64,000 nt of DNA, from NCBI GenBank assembly GCA_047404175.1, contig JBDOIW010000036.1:4351-68350 (forward strand), read 5' to 3'. The DNA is from Legionellales bacterium. GTDB taxonomy: Bacteria; Pseudomonadota; Gammaproteobacteria; M30B25. Under the pieces are notes generated by a model. The model was not told the origin of the DNA. It made no database searches and worked only from the letters and a program-made list of their open reading frames with translations. The translations under genes were made by a program, and so were the position numbers. Positions 17,948 through 29,706 of this stretch are shown in pieces. Positions within the stretch are counted from its first letter, which is position 1. Every line of letters begins with the position of its first letter.

Positions 17948-18334
17948 GTGTCTCAATCTAACCGTCCTGTGTTCCTCAATTTGGCGCAAATTCGTCTTCC
18001 GTTAAATGCTTTTGTTTCCATCCTGCACAGAATAAGTGGCCTGTTCATGTTTTTGACATTGCCTATTGTCTACTGTTGGCTTGCCTGTGTGCTTGATTCT
18101 CCAGATCGTATGAACAGTCAGACAGTATCTATGGGTGATGGTGCATGGCCCTATTTAGGGTTTGTCGTGATTTTGGCTTGGATCTACCATGCGCTTGCAG
18201 GTGTTCGCCATCTGATTATGGATTTTGGCTACTGCGAGTCACTCAGAGCTAGTCGCGTCCTCAGTTGGATGGTGCTTATTGTTTTTTCTGCTGTTGCCAT
18301 TTATTTAGGAGTTTGCTTATGGTCACCAATGTAA
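17948..18334 (+). CDS. sdhC: Succinate dehydrogenase cytochrome b556 subunit
   Basis: NRPVFLNL, SILHRISG, HALAGVRHLIMD. Confidence 0.96.
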   Translation: MSQSNRPVFLNLAQIRLPLNAFVSILHRISGLFMFLTLPIVYCWLACVLDSPDRMNSQTVSMGDGAWPYLGFVVILAWIYHALAGVRHLIMDFGYCESLRASRVLSWMVLIVFSAVAIYLGVCLWSPM

Positions 18335-18666
18335 CTGGTCTCACTACTCACGGAGTAAGAGACTGGCTGGTTCAAAGAGGAACAGCGCTTTTGATATTGG
18401 CTTATGTCAGCTACTTAGCTTACTTTGTAGTCATGTCTTATCCTGTTACCCATTTTGAAGTTAAGCAGCTCTTCTCTACTACAACAATGAGAGTTGTAAG
18501 TACACTTGTGGCGTTTTCTATTACCTGGCACGCATGGATTGGGGTTTGGACCATCTTTACAGACTATGTAAAGTGCTCAAGTTTGCGTTTGGCTCTGCAA
18601 GGAACCGTTATTGTTTTACTCTTTGCTTATCTTGTTTGGGCAATTAAAATATTTTGGAGTGTGTAA
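18319..18666 (+). CDS. sdhD: Succinate dehydrogenase membrane anchor
   Basis: MVTNVT...GVRDWLVQR, HAWIGVWTIFTDYVK; AGGAG RBS before ATG 18319. Confidence 0.95.
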   Translation: MVTNVTGLTTHGVRDWLVQRGTALLILAYVSYLAYFVVMSYPVTHFEVKQLFSTTTMRVVSTLVAFSITWHAWIGVWTIFTDYVKCSSLRLALQGTVIVLLFAYLVWAIKIFWSV

Positions 18667-20442
18667 ATGTCAATTGCGTCTGAATCGTTTGATGTGATCA
18701 TCGTTGGTGGTGGCGGCGCCGGTCAGCGTGCTGCGCTTGAGATTGCCCAGTCAGGTAAAAAGGTTGCCTTAGTCTCAAAGGTGTTTCCTACTCGCTCTCA
18801 TACTGTCTCTGCGCAGGGGGGTATTAACGCTGCACTAGGTAATATTGATGAAAATGATAGTTGGGAATGCCACATGTACGATACTGTTCGTGGTGCCGAC
18901 TATCTTGGTGACCAGGATAGTATTGAATACATGTGTAAAGAGGCTCCTCGCACTATCATTGAATTAGAGCATATGGGCTTACCATTCTCCAGAAATGAAG
19001 ATGGCACTATTTATCAACGAGCATTTGGTGGACAAACGCTCGACTTTGGGAAGGGTGGACAGGCTCACCGAACTTGTCCTGCAGCAGACAGAACAGGTCA
19101 TGCTATGCTGCATACACTCTTTCAACAAAATGTTAAGGCTCAAACTCGATTCTTCCATGAGTGGTTTGCGATTGACTTAATCAAAACGTCACCGTCCTCG
19201 ATTAGCGGTGTTGTTGCGATGAGTATTGAGACAGGTGAGTTAATGACACTTAAAGCACGTTCTGTTGTATTGGCTACGGGTGGGGCTGGGCGAATTTTCT
19301 CATCAACGACTAATGCTTATAGCTGTACAGGTGATGGCTTGGGTATGATCGCACGTGCTGGATTTCCTCTTCAAGACATGGAGATGTGGCAGTTTCATCC
19401 TACAGGTATTGCTGGAGTGGGCTGTCTTATCACCGAGGGTGCTCGTGGTGAGGGTGGATTCCTGGTTAATAGTGAGGGTGAGCGATTTATGGAGCGTTAT
19501 GCTCCAACTCAAAAAGATCTTGCGTGCCGTGATGTGGTGTCTAGAAGTAGTGCTTTAGAAATTAAAGCAGGTCGTGGTTGTGGACCCAAGAAAGATTATG
19601 TCATGCTGGATCTAACTAATCTGACACCTGAAAAATTACATGAGCGCCTGCCTGGTATCTCTGAGCTTGCGAAAACTTTTGCTAATGTTGATGTGGCGAC
19701 ACAACCTGTTCCTGTGGTGCCAACTTGTCATTATATGATGGGGGGAATACCTACCAACAAATATGGTCAGGTAGTCACTCAAAACTCACGTGGCCAGGAT
19801 GTTGTGGTTGAAGGTTTATATGCAGCAGGTGAAGCTGCATGTGTTTCTGTTCATGGTGCTAATCGTCTTGGTGCAAACTCCCTATTAGAAATCGTCGTAT
19901 TCGGTCGTGCAGTAGGGCATCACATCATAGAAAACCAAGATCAGCAATCATCATCCCACGTATCCGGAGACGAAGAGGCGAGTATTGACGAAGCTCTAGC
20001 TCGAGTCGATTTCTGGCGTTCAGGCAAGGGTGGTAGTGAATCCATAACAGAAATTTCTGATGAGATGAAACGTATTATGCAAGACGATTTTGGCGTGTTT
20101 CGTGATGGTGAGCATATGCAAGAAGGGCTTTCGCGTCTTGACGCGGCAAAAGCCCGCCTGAGTCATGCGAGTATCAGTGATAAGAGTCTTACTTTCAATA
20201 CCCGACTTATTGCTGCACTAGAGCTTGAAAACATGATGTCTGTCGCTTATGCCAGTGCGGCAGGAGCTCTTGCACGAGAAGAAAGCCGTGGCGCTCATTC
20301 ACGAGTCGATTTTCCTGATCGAGATGACAAAAAATGGCATAAACATACTCTTTATTTTGATGATGGGAGTAAGAGTACCCGTGCAGTTAATATGAAGCCT
20401 GAGCTAACTAAAGGCTTTCCACTAGAGGAGAGAGAGCACTGA
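18667..20442 (+). CDS. sdhA: Succinate dehydrogenase flavoprotein
   Basis: GGGGAG, RSHTVSAQGG FAD-binding His, HGANRLGANSL. Confidence 0.99.
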   Translation: MSIASESFDVIIVGGGGAGQRAALEIAQSGKKVALVSKVFPTRSHTVSAQGGINAALGNIDENDSWECHMYDTVRGADYLGDQDSIEYMCKEAPRTIIELEHMGLPFSRNEDGTIYQRAFGGQTLDFGKGGQAHRTCPAADRTGHAMLHTLFQQNVKAQTRFFHEWFAIDLIKTSPSSISGVVAMSIETGELMTLKARSVVLATGGAGRIFSSTTNAYSCTGDGLGMIARAGFPLQDMEMWQFHPTGIAGVGCLITEGARGEGGFLVNSEGERFMERYAPTQKDLACRDVVSRSSALEIKAGRGCGPKKDYVMLDLTNLTPEKLHERLPGISELAKTFANVDVATQPVPVVPTCHYMMGGIPTNKYGQVVTQNSRGQDVVVEGLYAAGEAACVSVHGANRLGANSLLEIVVFGRAVGHHIIENQDQQSSSHVSGDEEASIDEALARVDFWRSGKGGSESITEISDEMKRIMQDDFGVFRDGEHMQEGLSRLDAAKARLSHASISDKSLTFNTRLIAALELENMMSVAYASAAGALAREESRGAHSRVDFPDRDDKKWHKHTLYFDDGSKSTRAVNMKPELTKGFPLEEREH

Positions 20443-21167
20443 TGAGTAACAAACAGTCTCGAGTACTACAAGTTGTTGTTTACAAATACAACCCAGAAGT
20501 GGATAAAAAACCTTATCCAGTTGAATACAGCGTTGATACAGGTTTATTTCATGGTGTTATGTTGCTGGACGCTTTGGAGTATATTAAATCACACCTCGAT
20601 GATGGCTTAAGTTTCCGTCGCTCTTGTAATGAAGGTGTCTGTGGATCTGATGGAGTTAATATCAACGGTAAAAATGGTTTGGCCTGTATTACCCCTATTG
20701 AGTCGTTACCTAATAAAATCACCATTCGTTCACTGCCTAGCTTCCCGATTATTCGTGATCTTATTGTCGATATGACACTATTTTATAAACAGTATGAGCG
20801 TGCAAAGCCCTATTTACAAAATGACCAACCTGAGCCTCAAAAAGAGCGTTTGCAATCACCTCAAGATCGCGAGAAACTTGATGGTCTTTATGAGTGTATT
20901 CTTTGTGCGTGCTGTACCAGCTCTTGTCCTTCTTATTGGTGGAATCCTGAAAAATTCATGGGGCCTGCCGCCTTATTATGGGTATGCCGTTTCTTAGAAG
21001 ATAATCGTGATAATGCGGATCAAAAACGCTTAGAAGCTCTGGAGGATGCCTTTTCTTTGTATCGTTGCCGTACTATTATGAACTGTGTTGATGTGTGTCC
21101 TAAGGGGCTCAACCCATCAAAGGCTATTGCTGATATTCGTGCGCGCATGCTTGATAAAAGCGTTTAA
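20442..21167 (+). CDS. sdhB: Succinate dehydrogenase Fe-S subunit
   Basis: SCNEGVCGSDG, CILCACCTSSCP, CRTIMNCVDVCPK. Confidence 0.99.
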   Translation: MSNKQSRVLQVVVYKYNPEVDKKPYPVEYSVDTGLFHGVMLLDALEYIKSHLDDGLSFRRSCNEGVCGSDGVNINGKNGLACITPIESLPNKITIRSLPSFPIIRDLIVDMTLFYKQYERAKPYLQNDQPEPQKERLQSPQDREKLDGLYECILCACCTSSCPSYWWNPEKFMGPAALLWVCRFLEDNRDNADQKRLEALEDAFSLYRCRTIMNCVDVCPKGLNPSKAIADIRARMLDKSV

Positions 21168-21182
21168 CCATCGAGGTGTACT

Positions 21183-23969
21183 ATGTCTGATGATTCCATG
21201 CAAAACAAGCAATCCACCTCTTTTCTTCATGCTGGCCAAGCTGCTTATCTAGAGCAGCTTTACGAAGATTATCTGATTGATCCTTCTCGTATTCCTGAGC
21301 ATTGGGTTAATTATTTCAATGGTCTAAGTAGTTCTGGTCATTACGAGCCTGATGTGTCTCACGCAGCGATTCAGTCTGCAGTGCAAGCTTCTGCACTTCA
21401 AAGTGTAAAAGCTTCTAGCATTTCAGTGTCCTCTAATCAGCCTGTTGAGCAGCTTATTCAGGCATACAGGATGTTAGGACATTTAGCTTCTCAAACCAAT
21501 CCTTTACACAAGACAGGTTCAACCGCTGAGTTATCAGCTAAACACTACGGTCTTAGTGAGTCAGATTCGATGTCAGTTGAGTGGGCGGGGCAAACATTCG
21601 CAACGATCAAAGATTTATCACAAAAGCTTGCACAAACTTATTGTGGTGCCATTGGCTATGAGTTCATGCATGTGCAAAATGAAGCAGAACGACACTGGCT
21701 GCAACATGCGGTTGAGCAAGCCCAGGGAAAGTATAATTACTCACATGAAGAGCGTACTCACTTACTAGAAATGTTAGTAAGAGCAGAAGGCTTAGAAAAA
21801 TATCTCGCTACTAAATACGTTGGTCAGAAGCGTTTTTCTCTTGAAGGTTGTGATAGTTTTGTACCTTTGATGGATCGTCTTGTTCAAAAAGCAAGTGATC
21901 ACGAGTTTCAATCCGTTATTGTTGGGATGGCTCACCGAGGTCGCCTCAATATGCTTGTAAACGTGTGTGGTCAAGCGCCAAGGGCACTTTTTGACGAGTT
22001 TGAAGGCAAGCGCACCATAGGTTTAACTTCTGGAGATGTTAAATATCATAATGGCTTTTCTGCTGATGTAGCAACACAGAAGGGTTCTATACATTTGTCG
22101 CTAGCTTTTAATCCCTCGCATTTAGAGTTTATCAATGCTGTGGTGATGGGGTCGTCTCGAGCTAGAGGTGACTTACTGAATGAACGATCACGGACAGCTG
22201 TTTTACCTATCTTAGTGCATGGTGACGCCTCCTTTGCAGGACAAGGGATTGTCATGGAAACACTTAACATGTCACAAACAAGCGCTTATGGTGTGGGCGG
22301 TACGGTGCATGTTGTGATCAATAACCAAATTGGCTTCACGACAAATCAAACATCTGATGCAAGATCTAGTCGTTACTGTACTGATATTGCAAAAATGATT
22401 GATGCGCCGATTATTCATGTCAATGCCGAAGATCTTGAAGCCGTTGCCTTTTGTGCAGATCTTGCTATTCGCTATAGACACCAGTTTAAAAAAGATATCG
22501 TGATAGATCTTATTGGTTACCGCAAACATGGTCACAACGAAGCTGATGAACCTGCTGCAACTCAACCCTTAATGTATGAGGCCATTCGTCAAAGACAAAC
22601 AGTATGTCAGCAGTATCAAGCTCAATTGATTGCTGATGAGATCTTATCTGAAGACGATGTTTCTGCTATGCATGCTCGTTATAAGGCGGCACTAGATCAT
22701 GGTGAGCCTGTTGTTGAAATGTTACCAGGGCGTGTCAGTGAGAAGCGTGAAAAAATATGGAAACAATACCTTAATCATAGTTGGGAAGCTAAAGGGGCGA
22801 CTAAAGTCTCGCGAAAAAAATTAGAGCAATTAGGACAAGTCATTACCTCTTTGCCTGAGCAGTTTACTTTGCAGCGTCAAGTTGGCAACATGATGAAGGC
22901 AAGAAAAGCTATGGTTGACGGCGAGCAGTCTTTTGATTGGGGCTGTGCTGAAACTTTAGCTTATGCCTCTTTGCTGGATGAAGGGTATTTTGTGCGTATT
23001 TCGGGACAAGATGCACAGCGCGGAACTTTTAGCCACCGCTTTGCTATGCTTCATGATAATAAAACAGGTGAAGTTTTCACGCCACTAAGCCATGTACACT
23101 GTCCAAAAGAGAATGCTCGTTTTGAGGTCTATAATTCTCTATTATCTGAGCAAGGTGTTTTAGGCTTTGAATATGGCTATGCCAGTGTTCGACCTGGAGG
23201 TTTAACCATCTGGGAAGCTCAGTTTGGTGATTTTGCCAATGGCGCACAAGTGATTATTGATCAGTTTATTAGTTCAGGCTGGCAGAAGTGGAATCGTCTC
23301 TCAGGTCTTACTATGCTATTGCCTCATGGGTATGAAGGTATGGGGCCCGAGCATTCTTCGGCTCGTCTTGAGCGATTCATGCAGTTATGTGCCCAAGATA
23401 ATATTCAGGTGTGTGTGCCATCAAGTCCCTCTCAGATTTTCCATTTACTACGTCGTCAAGCGGTTAGACCTTATCGTAAGCCATTAGTAATTATGTCACC
23501 CAAAAGTCTTCTTCGAAATAAACTTGCTGTGTCTGACTATGCTTCTTTGACCCAGGGACACTTTGAGTGCGCAATCCCTGAGATTGATGATGTAGATCCA
23601 AAACATGTTAAACGAGTTGTGATCTGCAGCGGTAAGGTGTACTACGAGTTGTTAACCGCAAGACGTGAAGCTAAGCTTGATAAGGTAGCCATTATACGTC
23701 TTGAGCAGCTTTATCCCTTCCCTGAAAAAGTACTAACTCAAGTACTAAAGCCTTATGCAAAAGTGAAAGATATCGTATGGTGTCAAGAAGAACCTAAAAA
23801 TCAAGGGGCTTGGTATTGCATTCGTCACAATCTAGAATCTGTTCTACAAAAAGGACAGTCGCTTCATTATGCGGGTCGTGAGGCAGCCGCTGCTCCTGCT
23901 GCAGGATACCCTAAACTTCATAAAAAACAACAGGATGCCTTGATAAAAGATGCCCTAAAATTAGCTTAA
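21183..23969 (+). CDS. sucA: 2-oxoglutarate dehydrogenase E1
   Basis: [34 protein letters not shown]. Confidence 0.99.
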   Translation: MSDDSMQNKQSTSFLHAGQAAYLEQLYEDYLIDPSRIPEHWVNYFNGLSSSGHYEPDVSHAAIQSAVQASALQSVKASSISVSSNQPVEQLIQAYRMLGHLASQTNPLHKTGSTAELSAKHYGLSESDSMSVEWAGQTFATIKDLSQKLAQTYCGAIGYEFMHVQNEAERHWLQHAVEQAQGKYNYSHEERTHLLEMLVRAEGLEKYLATKYVGQKRFSLEGCDSFVPLMDRLVQKASDHEFQSVIVGMAHRGRLNMLVNVCGQAPRALFDEFEGKRTIGLTSGDVKYHNGFSADVATQKGSIHLSLAFNPSHLEFINAVVMGSSRARGDLLNERSRTAVLPILVHGDASFAGQGIVMETLNMSQTSAYGVGGTVHVVINNQIGFTTNQTSDARSSRYCTDIAKMIDAPIIHVNAEDLEAVAFCADLAIRYRHQFKKDIVIDLIGYRKHGHNEADEPAATQPLMYEAIRQRQTVCQQYQAQLIADEILSEDDVSAMHARYKAALDHGEPVVEMLPGRVSEKREKIWKQYLNHSWEAKGATKVSRKKLEQLGQVITSLPEQFTLQRQVGNMMKARKAMVDGEQSFDWGCAETLAYASLLDEGYFVRISGQDAQRGTFSHRFAMLHDNKTGEVFTPLSHVHCPKENARFEVYNSLLSEQGVLGFEYGYASVRPGGLTIWEAQFGDFANGAQVIIDQFISSGWQKWNRLSGLTMLLPHGYEGMGPEHSSARLERFMQLCAQDNIQVCVPSSPSQIFHLLRRQAVRPYRKPLVIMSPKSLLRNKLAVSDYASLTQGHFECAIPEIDDVDPKHVKRVVICSGKVYYELLTARREAKLDKVAIIRLEQLYPFPEKVLTQVLKPYAKVKDIVWCQEEPKNQGAWYCIRHNLESVLQKGQSLHYAGREAAAAPAAGYPKLHKKQQDALIKDALKLA

Positions 23970-23986
23970 CAAGAGGAATGATCACT

Positions 23987-25195
23987 ATGAGTACTGAGAT
24001 TAAAGTTCCTGCACTACCAGAATCAGTTGCAGATGCTACCATCGCTAAATGGTATAAAGGTGTAGGTGATGCCGTGAAAGAGGGTGAGAATATTGTTGAT
24101 CTTGAGACAGATAAAGTCATGCTTGAGGTACCTGCACCATCTGCTGGAGTGATTACAGCTATTTCCCAAGACGAGGGAGCGGTTGTAACCTCTGATCAAG
24201 TGATAGGATCTCTAGATATGGCAGCCCAAGCAGTAGACTCTATAGATAAACCTGAAGCGGCTGTCAAAGATACTCCAGAAGTTAGCACACAAGCTCCTAA
24301 TAGTAGCCAAGAGGCAGAATCATCGGCATCACACCGTGATGCTTCTGATATTTTGACTCCTTCAGTACGACGTGCTGCCTCAGAGCATGGTGTTGCAACA
24401 GAAGGTCTTCAGGGCTCAGGTAAAGATGGTCGTCTAGTTAAAGCTGATATCGAAAAAGCAATGCATCAAACACCTAAGACTGTGCTACCAAGTGGCCGTG
24501 AAGAGAATAGGGTTCCTATGTCTCGACTAAGACAAAAAGTAGCCGAGCGTCTCATGGAGGCAAAACAAAATACTGCCATGCTGACTACTTTCAATGAAAT
24601 TGATATGAAGCCGGTGATGGATCTTCGTGCTCAATATAAAGACCTATTCATTAAAACGCATGACACGAAACTTGGTTTCATGTCTTTCTTTGTAAAAGCG
24701 GTGGTTGAAGCTTTAAAGCGCTATCCTTCTATCAACGCAAGTATTGATGGCAATGATATTGTCTATCATAACTATTTTGATATTGGTGTCGCGGTGTCTT
24801 CACCCCGAGGTCTCGTGGTACCAGTGATAAGAGATGCCGATCAACTTTCCATGGCGGATATTGAAAGAACTATCGTTGAGTTTGGACAAAAAGCAAAAAA
24901 CAACCAGATTACCATTGAAGACATGACAGGTGGCACGTTTACAGTCACCAACGGTGGCGTATTTGGTTCTATGTTGTCGACGCCCATTCTTAATCCGCCA
25001 CAGTGTGGTATTTTGGGCATGCATAATATTGTTAAACGCCCAGTGTGTGTAGGAGATGATATTGTTGCTAGACCTGTCATGTACGTTGCTTTATCCTATG
25101 ACCACCAGTTAGTTGACGGTCGGGAGTCAGTAGGCTTTTTGGTCACAATAAAACAATTACTTGAAGATCCTGCTAGAATTTTGTTAGGCTTGTAG
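23987..25195 (+). CDS. sucB: 2-oxoglutarate dehydrogenase E2
   Basis: Lipoyl ETDKV motif, ALSYDH..VDG. Confidence 0.98.
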   Translation: MSTEIKVPALPESVADATIAKWYKGVGDAVKEGENIVDLETDKVMLEVPAPSAGVITAISQDEGAVVTSDQVIGSLDMAAQAVDSIDKPEAAVKDTPEVSTQAPNSSQEAESSASHRDASDILTPSVRRAASEHGVATEGLQGSGKDGRLVKADIEKAMHQTPKTVLPSGREENRVPMSRLRQKVAERLMEAKQNTAMLTTFNEIDMKPVMDLRAQYKDLFIKTHDTKLGFMSFFVKAVVEALKRYPSINASIDGNDIVYHNYFDIGVAVSSPRGLVVPVIRDADQLSMADIERTIVEFGQKAKNNQITIEDMTGGTFTVTNGGVFGSMLSTPILNPPQCGILGMHNIVKRPVCVGDDIVARPVMYVALSYDHQLVDGRESVGFLVTIKQLLEDPARILLGL

Positions 25196-25237
25196 CATCT
25201 TCGACCATTATCGTTATAAGAATAAGGAGATCTTATC

Positions 25238-27874
25238 ATGCAAGATTCGTTTAGTTGTGCTTCAGTTTTAAGTCATCAAGATCAAGATTATCACTATATG
25301 TCATTGCCAAAAGCAGAGGCTTCGGGCTGTTCTGATATTCACCAGCTTCCCTTTTGTTTAAAAGTACTGTTAGAAAACGTGCTGCGTCATGAAGATGGTT
25401 CACAGGTGACACAATCCACTATCCAGGCCTTTTCACAGTGGGTGCAAGATAAACGCTCGGATGTATCGATTGCCTTTCATCCTGCAAGAGTACTGATGCA
25501 AGACTTTACTGGTGTGCCTGCAGTGGTTGATTTGGCGACCATGCGTGAACAATTTATTCAGTTGGGTGGTGATGGAAAAAAAGTCAATCCATGCATTCCT
25601 GTTGATCTAGTCATTGATCATTCGGTTCAAGTCGATGCTTTCGCATCACCCGATGCCTTAGCGATTAATGTTGGCAAAGAGGTAGAGCGAAACCACGAGC
25701 GTTATACTTTTCTTAAGTGGGCTCAGAACGCTTTTGATGGTCTGCGTGTGGTACCACCAAGCATGGGTATCTGTCACCAAGTGAATCTTGAGTATTTAGC
25801 TCAGTGTGTCTGGCAAAAACAAGAAGGAGACAAAACTTGGATCTATCCTGATGCCTTGGTTGGGACCGATAGTCATAATACTATGATTAATGGTCTTGGA
25901 GTTCTTGGTTGGGGTGTGGGTGGTATTGAAGCAGAAGCTTGTATGATGGGACAATCCATTTCCATGATCTTGCCTGAAGTCATTGGCTTTGAGCTTAAAG
26001 GCGAGCTGCCTCAAGGCATTCATGCTACGGATTTAGTGCTCACCATTTGTTCAATGCTGCGTGAATATGGCGTTGTAGGTAAGTTCGTTGAATTTTTTGG
26101 CGAAGGTTTACATTCATTGACCTTGGCCGATCGTGCTACGATTTCCAATATGTCCCCAGAGTTTGGTGCAACGAGTGCCATTTTTCCTGTAGATGACGAG
26201 ACACTAAAGTATTTGGCAAATACAAATCGTAGTGAAGAACAAGTGGCTTTAGTCAAATCTTACTTGCAAGCTCAGGGTATGTGGACGCCAGATTATCAGC
26301 ATGAGACTGTGTATACTGATGTTTTGAGTCTAGATTTATCTACAGTTGCGCTTACGGTGTCAGGACCCAAGCGGCCTCAGGATAAAGTTTTGGTAAAAGA
26401 TCTGCATGATGAAGTAAAAACACATATTCCTCAGGATGAGTCCTTTGGTCAAGGGCTAAATCATGGTGATGTTGTCATTGCGGCGATTACTAGCTGCACG
26501 AATACATCCAACCCTTTTGTGATGTGTGCTGCAGGTATCATGGCTAAAAAAGCACATGCTCTTGGAATTGCCCCCAAACCATGGGTGAAAACATCTTTAG
26601 CTCCTGGATCTAAAGTGGTCACAGATTACTTGCACAAAGCAGGTTTGTTGCCACATCTCGAAGCGATAGGCTTTCACGTAGTGGGCTATGGCTGTACCAC
26701 GTGTATTGGCAACTCTGGTCCATTGCCAGAGGAAGTTTCAAAGCAAATTGAAGCTAATGATCTTAAGGTGGCCTCTGTCCTGTCGGGTAACCGCAACTTT
26801 GAAGGTCGAATTCATCCACTAGTGAAACACAGTTGGTTAGCTTCTCCACCTTTAGTTGTGGCGTACGCCTTAGCAGGAACAACTTGTTTAAACCTAGAAG
26901 AAGACATTATTGCGGTGACTGAAGAGGGCAAAGAAGTTCGCTTGCATGACTTGTGGCCAAGTAACCAGGAAGTTCTTGATGCGATGCATGCAGTTAATCA
27001 AGACATGTTTGCCAAAGCTTATGGGACTATCTTCGAGGGCGATGAAGCTTGGCGAGGGCTTGAGGTGGATGCCTCAGGTGAAACCTATGCATGGCAACCC
27101 CAGTCAACTTATGTCAAACATCCGCCTTTCTTAGCGTCAATGCAAAAAGAGCCAAGTAGTCTTAACGATATAAGTGCTGGGCGTATTTTGGCTGTGTTGG
27201 GCGATAGTGTGACAACTGACCATATTTCACCTGCTGGTGCCATTGCTGAAAATGTTCCAGCAGGTCAATACCTAAAACAACAAGGTGTTGGTGTTGAAGA
27301 CTTTAACTCTTATGGCTCTAGGCGAGGTAATCACGAGATAATGATGAGAGGTACCTTTGCTAATATTCGTATCCGAAACCAAATGACGCCTGAACATGAG
27401 GGTGGTTGGAGTCGACATGTGAACAGTGAAACAGCTGCACCTTTGTACGATGTTGCGATGCAGTATCAATCTGAAAATACCCCTTTATTTATTTTTGCAG
27501 GTAAGGAATATGGGACAGGTTCTTCACGAGACTGGGCCGCTAAAGGGACCAATTTACTAGGCATCAAAGCAGTTGTAGCAGAGAGCTTTGAGCGTATTCA
27601 TCGTTCCAATTTAGTAGGCATGGGAGTGCTTCCTCTGCAGTTAATGCATGACACGTGTCAGTCACTGGGTCTTGATGGCACTGAAGAAGTTAGTCTTGAG
27701 AATTTAACATCAAATTTAAGCCCTCGAGGTGAACTTAATATCAGATTGAAACGGAAAGACGGCCGACATGAGACTATTAAGGTTTTAGTGCGTCTTGATA
27801 CCGATCGTGAATATGACTACTACTGTCATGGTGGTATTTTGCCCTATGCGTTACGAGCCATGCTAGTTGATTAA
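25238..27874 (+). CDS. acnA: Aconitate hydratase A
   Basis: QDFTGVPAVVDL, SCTNTSNP, CTTCIGNSG, GSSRDWAAKG. Confidence 0.98.
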   Translation: MQDSFSCASVLSHQDQDYHYMSLPKAEASGCSDIHQLPFCLKVLLENVLRHEDGSQVTQSTIQAFSQWVQDKRSDVSIAFHPARVLMQDFTGVPAVVDLATMREQFIQLGGDGKKVNPCIPVDLVIDHSVQVDAFASPDALAINVGKEVERNHERYTFLKWAQNAFDGLRVVPPSMGICHQVNLEYLAQCVWQKQEGDKTWIYPDALVGTDSHNTMINGLGVLGWGVGGIEAEACMMGQSISMILPEVIGFELKGELPQGIHATDLVLTICSMLREYGVVGKFVEFFGEGLHSLTLADRATISNMSPEFGATSAIFPVDDETLKYLANTNRSEEQVALVKSYLQAQGMWTPDYQHETVYTDVLSLDLSTVALTVSGPKRPQDKVLVKDLHDEVKTHIPQDESFGQGLNHGDVVIAAITSCTNTSNPFVMCAAGIMAKKAHALGIAPKPWVKTSLAPGSKVVTDYLHKAGLLPHLEAIGFHVVGYGCTTCIGNSGPLPEEVSKQIEANDLKVASVLSGNRNFEGRIHPLVKHSWLASPPLVVAYALAGTTCLNLEEDIIAVTEEGKEVRLHDLWPSNQEVLDAMHAVNQDMFAKAYGTIFEGDEAWRGLEVDASGETYAWQPQSTYVKHPPFLASMQKEPSSLNDISAGRILAVLGDSVTTDHISPAGAIAENVPAGQYLKQQGVGVEDFNSYGSRRGNHEIMMRGTFANIRIRNQMTPEHEGGWSRHVNSETAAPLYDVAMQYQSENTPLFIFAGKEYGTGSSRDWAAKGTNLLGIKAVVAESFERIHRSNLVGMGVLPLQLMHDTCQSLGLDGTEEVSLENLTSNLSPRGELNIRLKRKDGRHETIKVLVRLDTDREYDYYCHGGILPYALRAMLVD

Positions 27875-27908
27875 TGATCATTGAATAAAATCTTGTGGGG
27901 GGATTACT

Positions 27909-29702
27909 ATGCCAAGTAAGCTTGATTTGTTGTTTTTGCTCAAGCCGGCACCGAATTATTATCACTGGTGGAAAGAGCGTTTAATAAGCAAACCAGAGGA
28001 TCTAACTTACGCTGCTTGGCGCCAGATTCTAGATACGAGAAGCTTTATTGAAAACCACAAGCTTTTATTAAAATCGCGTATTATATCCCATGATTTAGTA
28101 CTGGGTGACCATAAAGCTAAGCTTATTATGCCTCATGTGCATTCGCTGGAGTGGATTGATAGTCTTGTTAAAGTGATACAGCTTCATTTTGAAGATAAGT
28201 CTCAAGCTATATTATTTGTCCCCCAAGAGGGGGAAGGTTTGTTGTTAGCACAAGTGTTATGTCGTTTATCGATGCTGGATGTCACTTTGTTTAAACGACT
28301 CACTGTTGTAAGTCAGCAACCTTGTCTTGACCCTGATTTATCAATCACTTATCTAAAAAGCAAAGTGGATAAAATCAAAAAAAATTGCCTTGTATTGATC
28401 TACAACCATCCTGACTCTAGAGCAACTTACCCCGACGAATCATTGTGTAAAAGGCTCATTTCTCAGGCATCAAATTTAATCGTATCATGTGAAATATTGC
28501 CTGCTCGTATAGTTCCTGTAACACGACCTAATCAGACACTTCACTTTATGCCTTCCATTACTCCTCATGACCTTACTGATTCTGAGGAAAATCGCTTACG
28601 CTGGAATGGTTCTCATAGTTATGCAGGAGCTCTTGGTTTTCTAGCAAAAGATCCAAGTCAATATCAAAAGATTACGGCATGGTTGTCTGATCAGTCGTTT
28701 AAGGCAGAAAATTACTTCCAGCAACCTTTGGGTGCCTCTGAAATGTGGATGAATATGATCAGGGTTTTTGCAGCTCATGGTTGTATGCCCATAACAGATT
28801 ATGAAACTATTTTCCCAGAATCCATGAATCTTTATTGTATGAAGAATGTGATAGATTTGCTTGGTTCTGTTTTTGTTCACCAATTTGTTGATGGCAGTAT
28901 TCGTATGGCAGGAAGTTATGCATTCTATAGTCAACCAGTTAGCCCCCAATGTGTGGTTGATTATATTATGACTTTATCTGCTGCATATCCAACCTACCTC
29001 GATGACCCTGAACGATCACCACAAGTTGGTGGAGAAGTACCTTATCCTTATTCAAGAATAGATAAGGCAAGAGCTAATCTTTCTTGTTCTTTATATCTTA
29101 TTAATTTAGATCTTGTAAAATCATTCTTAAGTCGATTTGAATATAGTGATATGGCAATTAATCTGCGTGAGTTGATGAGTGGAGAAAATTGGGCTAGCAT
29201 CGTGACTCACTTGAGAGAATACTTCATGGGTAATCCTCATCAATGCATGTCGATCGGTATGATGTGCTGTTTTTATCAAAAGGTTCCTGTTGAAGCATTT
29301 ATTCAAGATAATCAATTTTGCACGGGTGTTTTTCTTACTCCTACTCACCCCAATACTCGCTTATTTTTACGGATCAAGCTAGATGATGAGAAGCTTGTTG
29401 AGATACTGGTTGCTTTTATAGAAGGGCTTAGCCCCTCTGTTATGAAAGAAGTTTTGTCTTCTGACGACGTATTAGATCGATGCAGGTCTATGGTGCAGTC
29501 AGGGCAGGAATTTGAGCAAGCCTTTGATGATGTGACTGACTATCAGCCTCGAGAAGAGATCTTGCCTCAAGTGCTTGAATCAGATCACGGGTTGGCTTCC
29601 CAAGCAGATACAACCCGACTGGATGAGCATTCATTATTGTCAGTTTCAAAAAACAACAATGATTCATCTGCTGAGCCCTCTAAATCCTATAAGCCTAAGT
29701 GA
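27909..29702 (+). CDS. Hypothetical protein (effector-like orphan)
   Basis: 597-aa ORF with GGGGA RBS; no recognised family; low-complexity S/N/K tail. Confidence 0.75.
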   Translation: MPSKLDLLFLLKPAPNYYHWWKERLISKPEDLTYAAWRQILDTRSFIENHKLLLKSRIISHDLVLGDHKAKLIMPHVHSLEWIDSLVKVIQLHFEDKSQAILFVPQEGEGLLLAQVLCRLSMLDVTLFKRLTVVSQQPCLDPDLSITYLKSKVDKIKKNCLVLIYNHPDSRATYPDESLCKRLISQASNLIVSCEILPARIVPVTRPNQTLHFMPSITPHDLTDSEENRLRWNGSHSYAGALGFLAKDPSQYQKITAWLSDQSFKAENYFQQPLGASEMWMNMIRVFAAHGCMPITDYETIFPESMNLYCMKNVIDLLGSVFVHQFVDGSIRMAGSYAFYSQPVSPQCVVDYIMTLSAAYPTYLDDPERSPQVGGEVPYPYSRIDKARANLSCSLYLINLDLVKSFLSRFEYSDMAINLRELMSGENWASIVTHLREYFMGNPHQCMSIGMMCCFYQKVPVEAFIQDNQFCTGVFLTPTHPNTRLFLRIKLDDEKLVEILVAFIEGLSPSVMKEVLSSDDVLDRCRSMVQSGQEFEQAFDDVTDYQPREEILPQVLESDHGLASQADTTRLDEHSLLSVSKNNNDSSAEPSKSYKPK

Positions 29703-29706
29703 TAGC

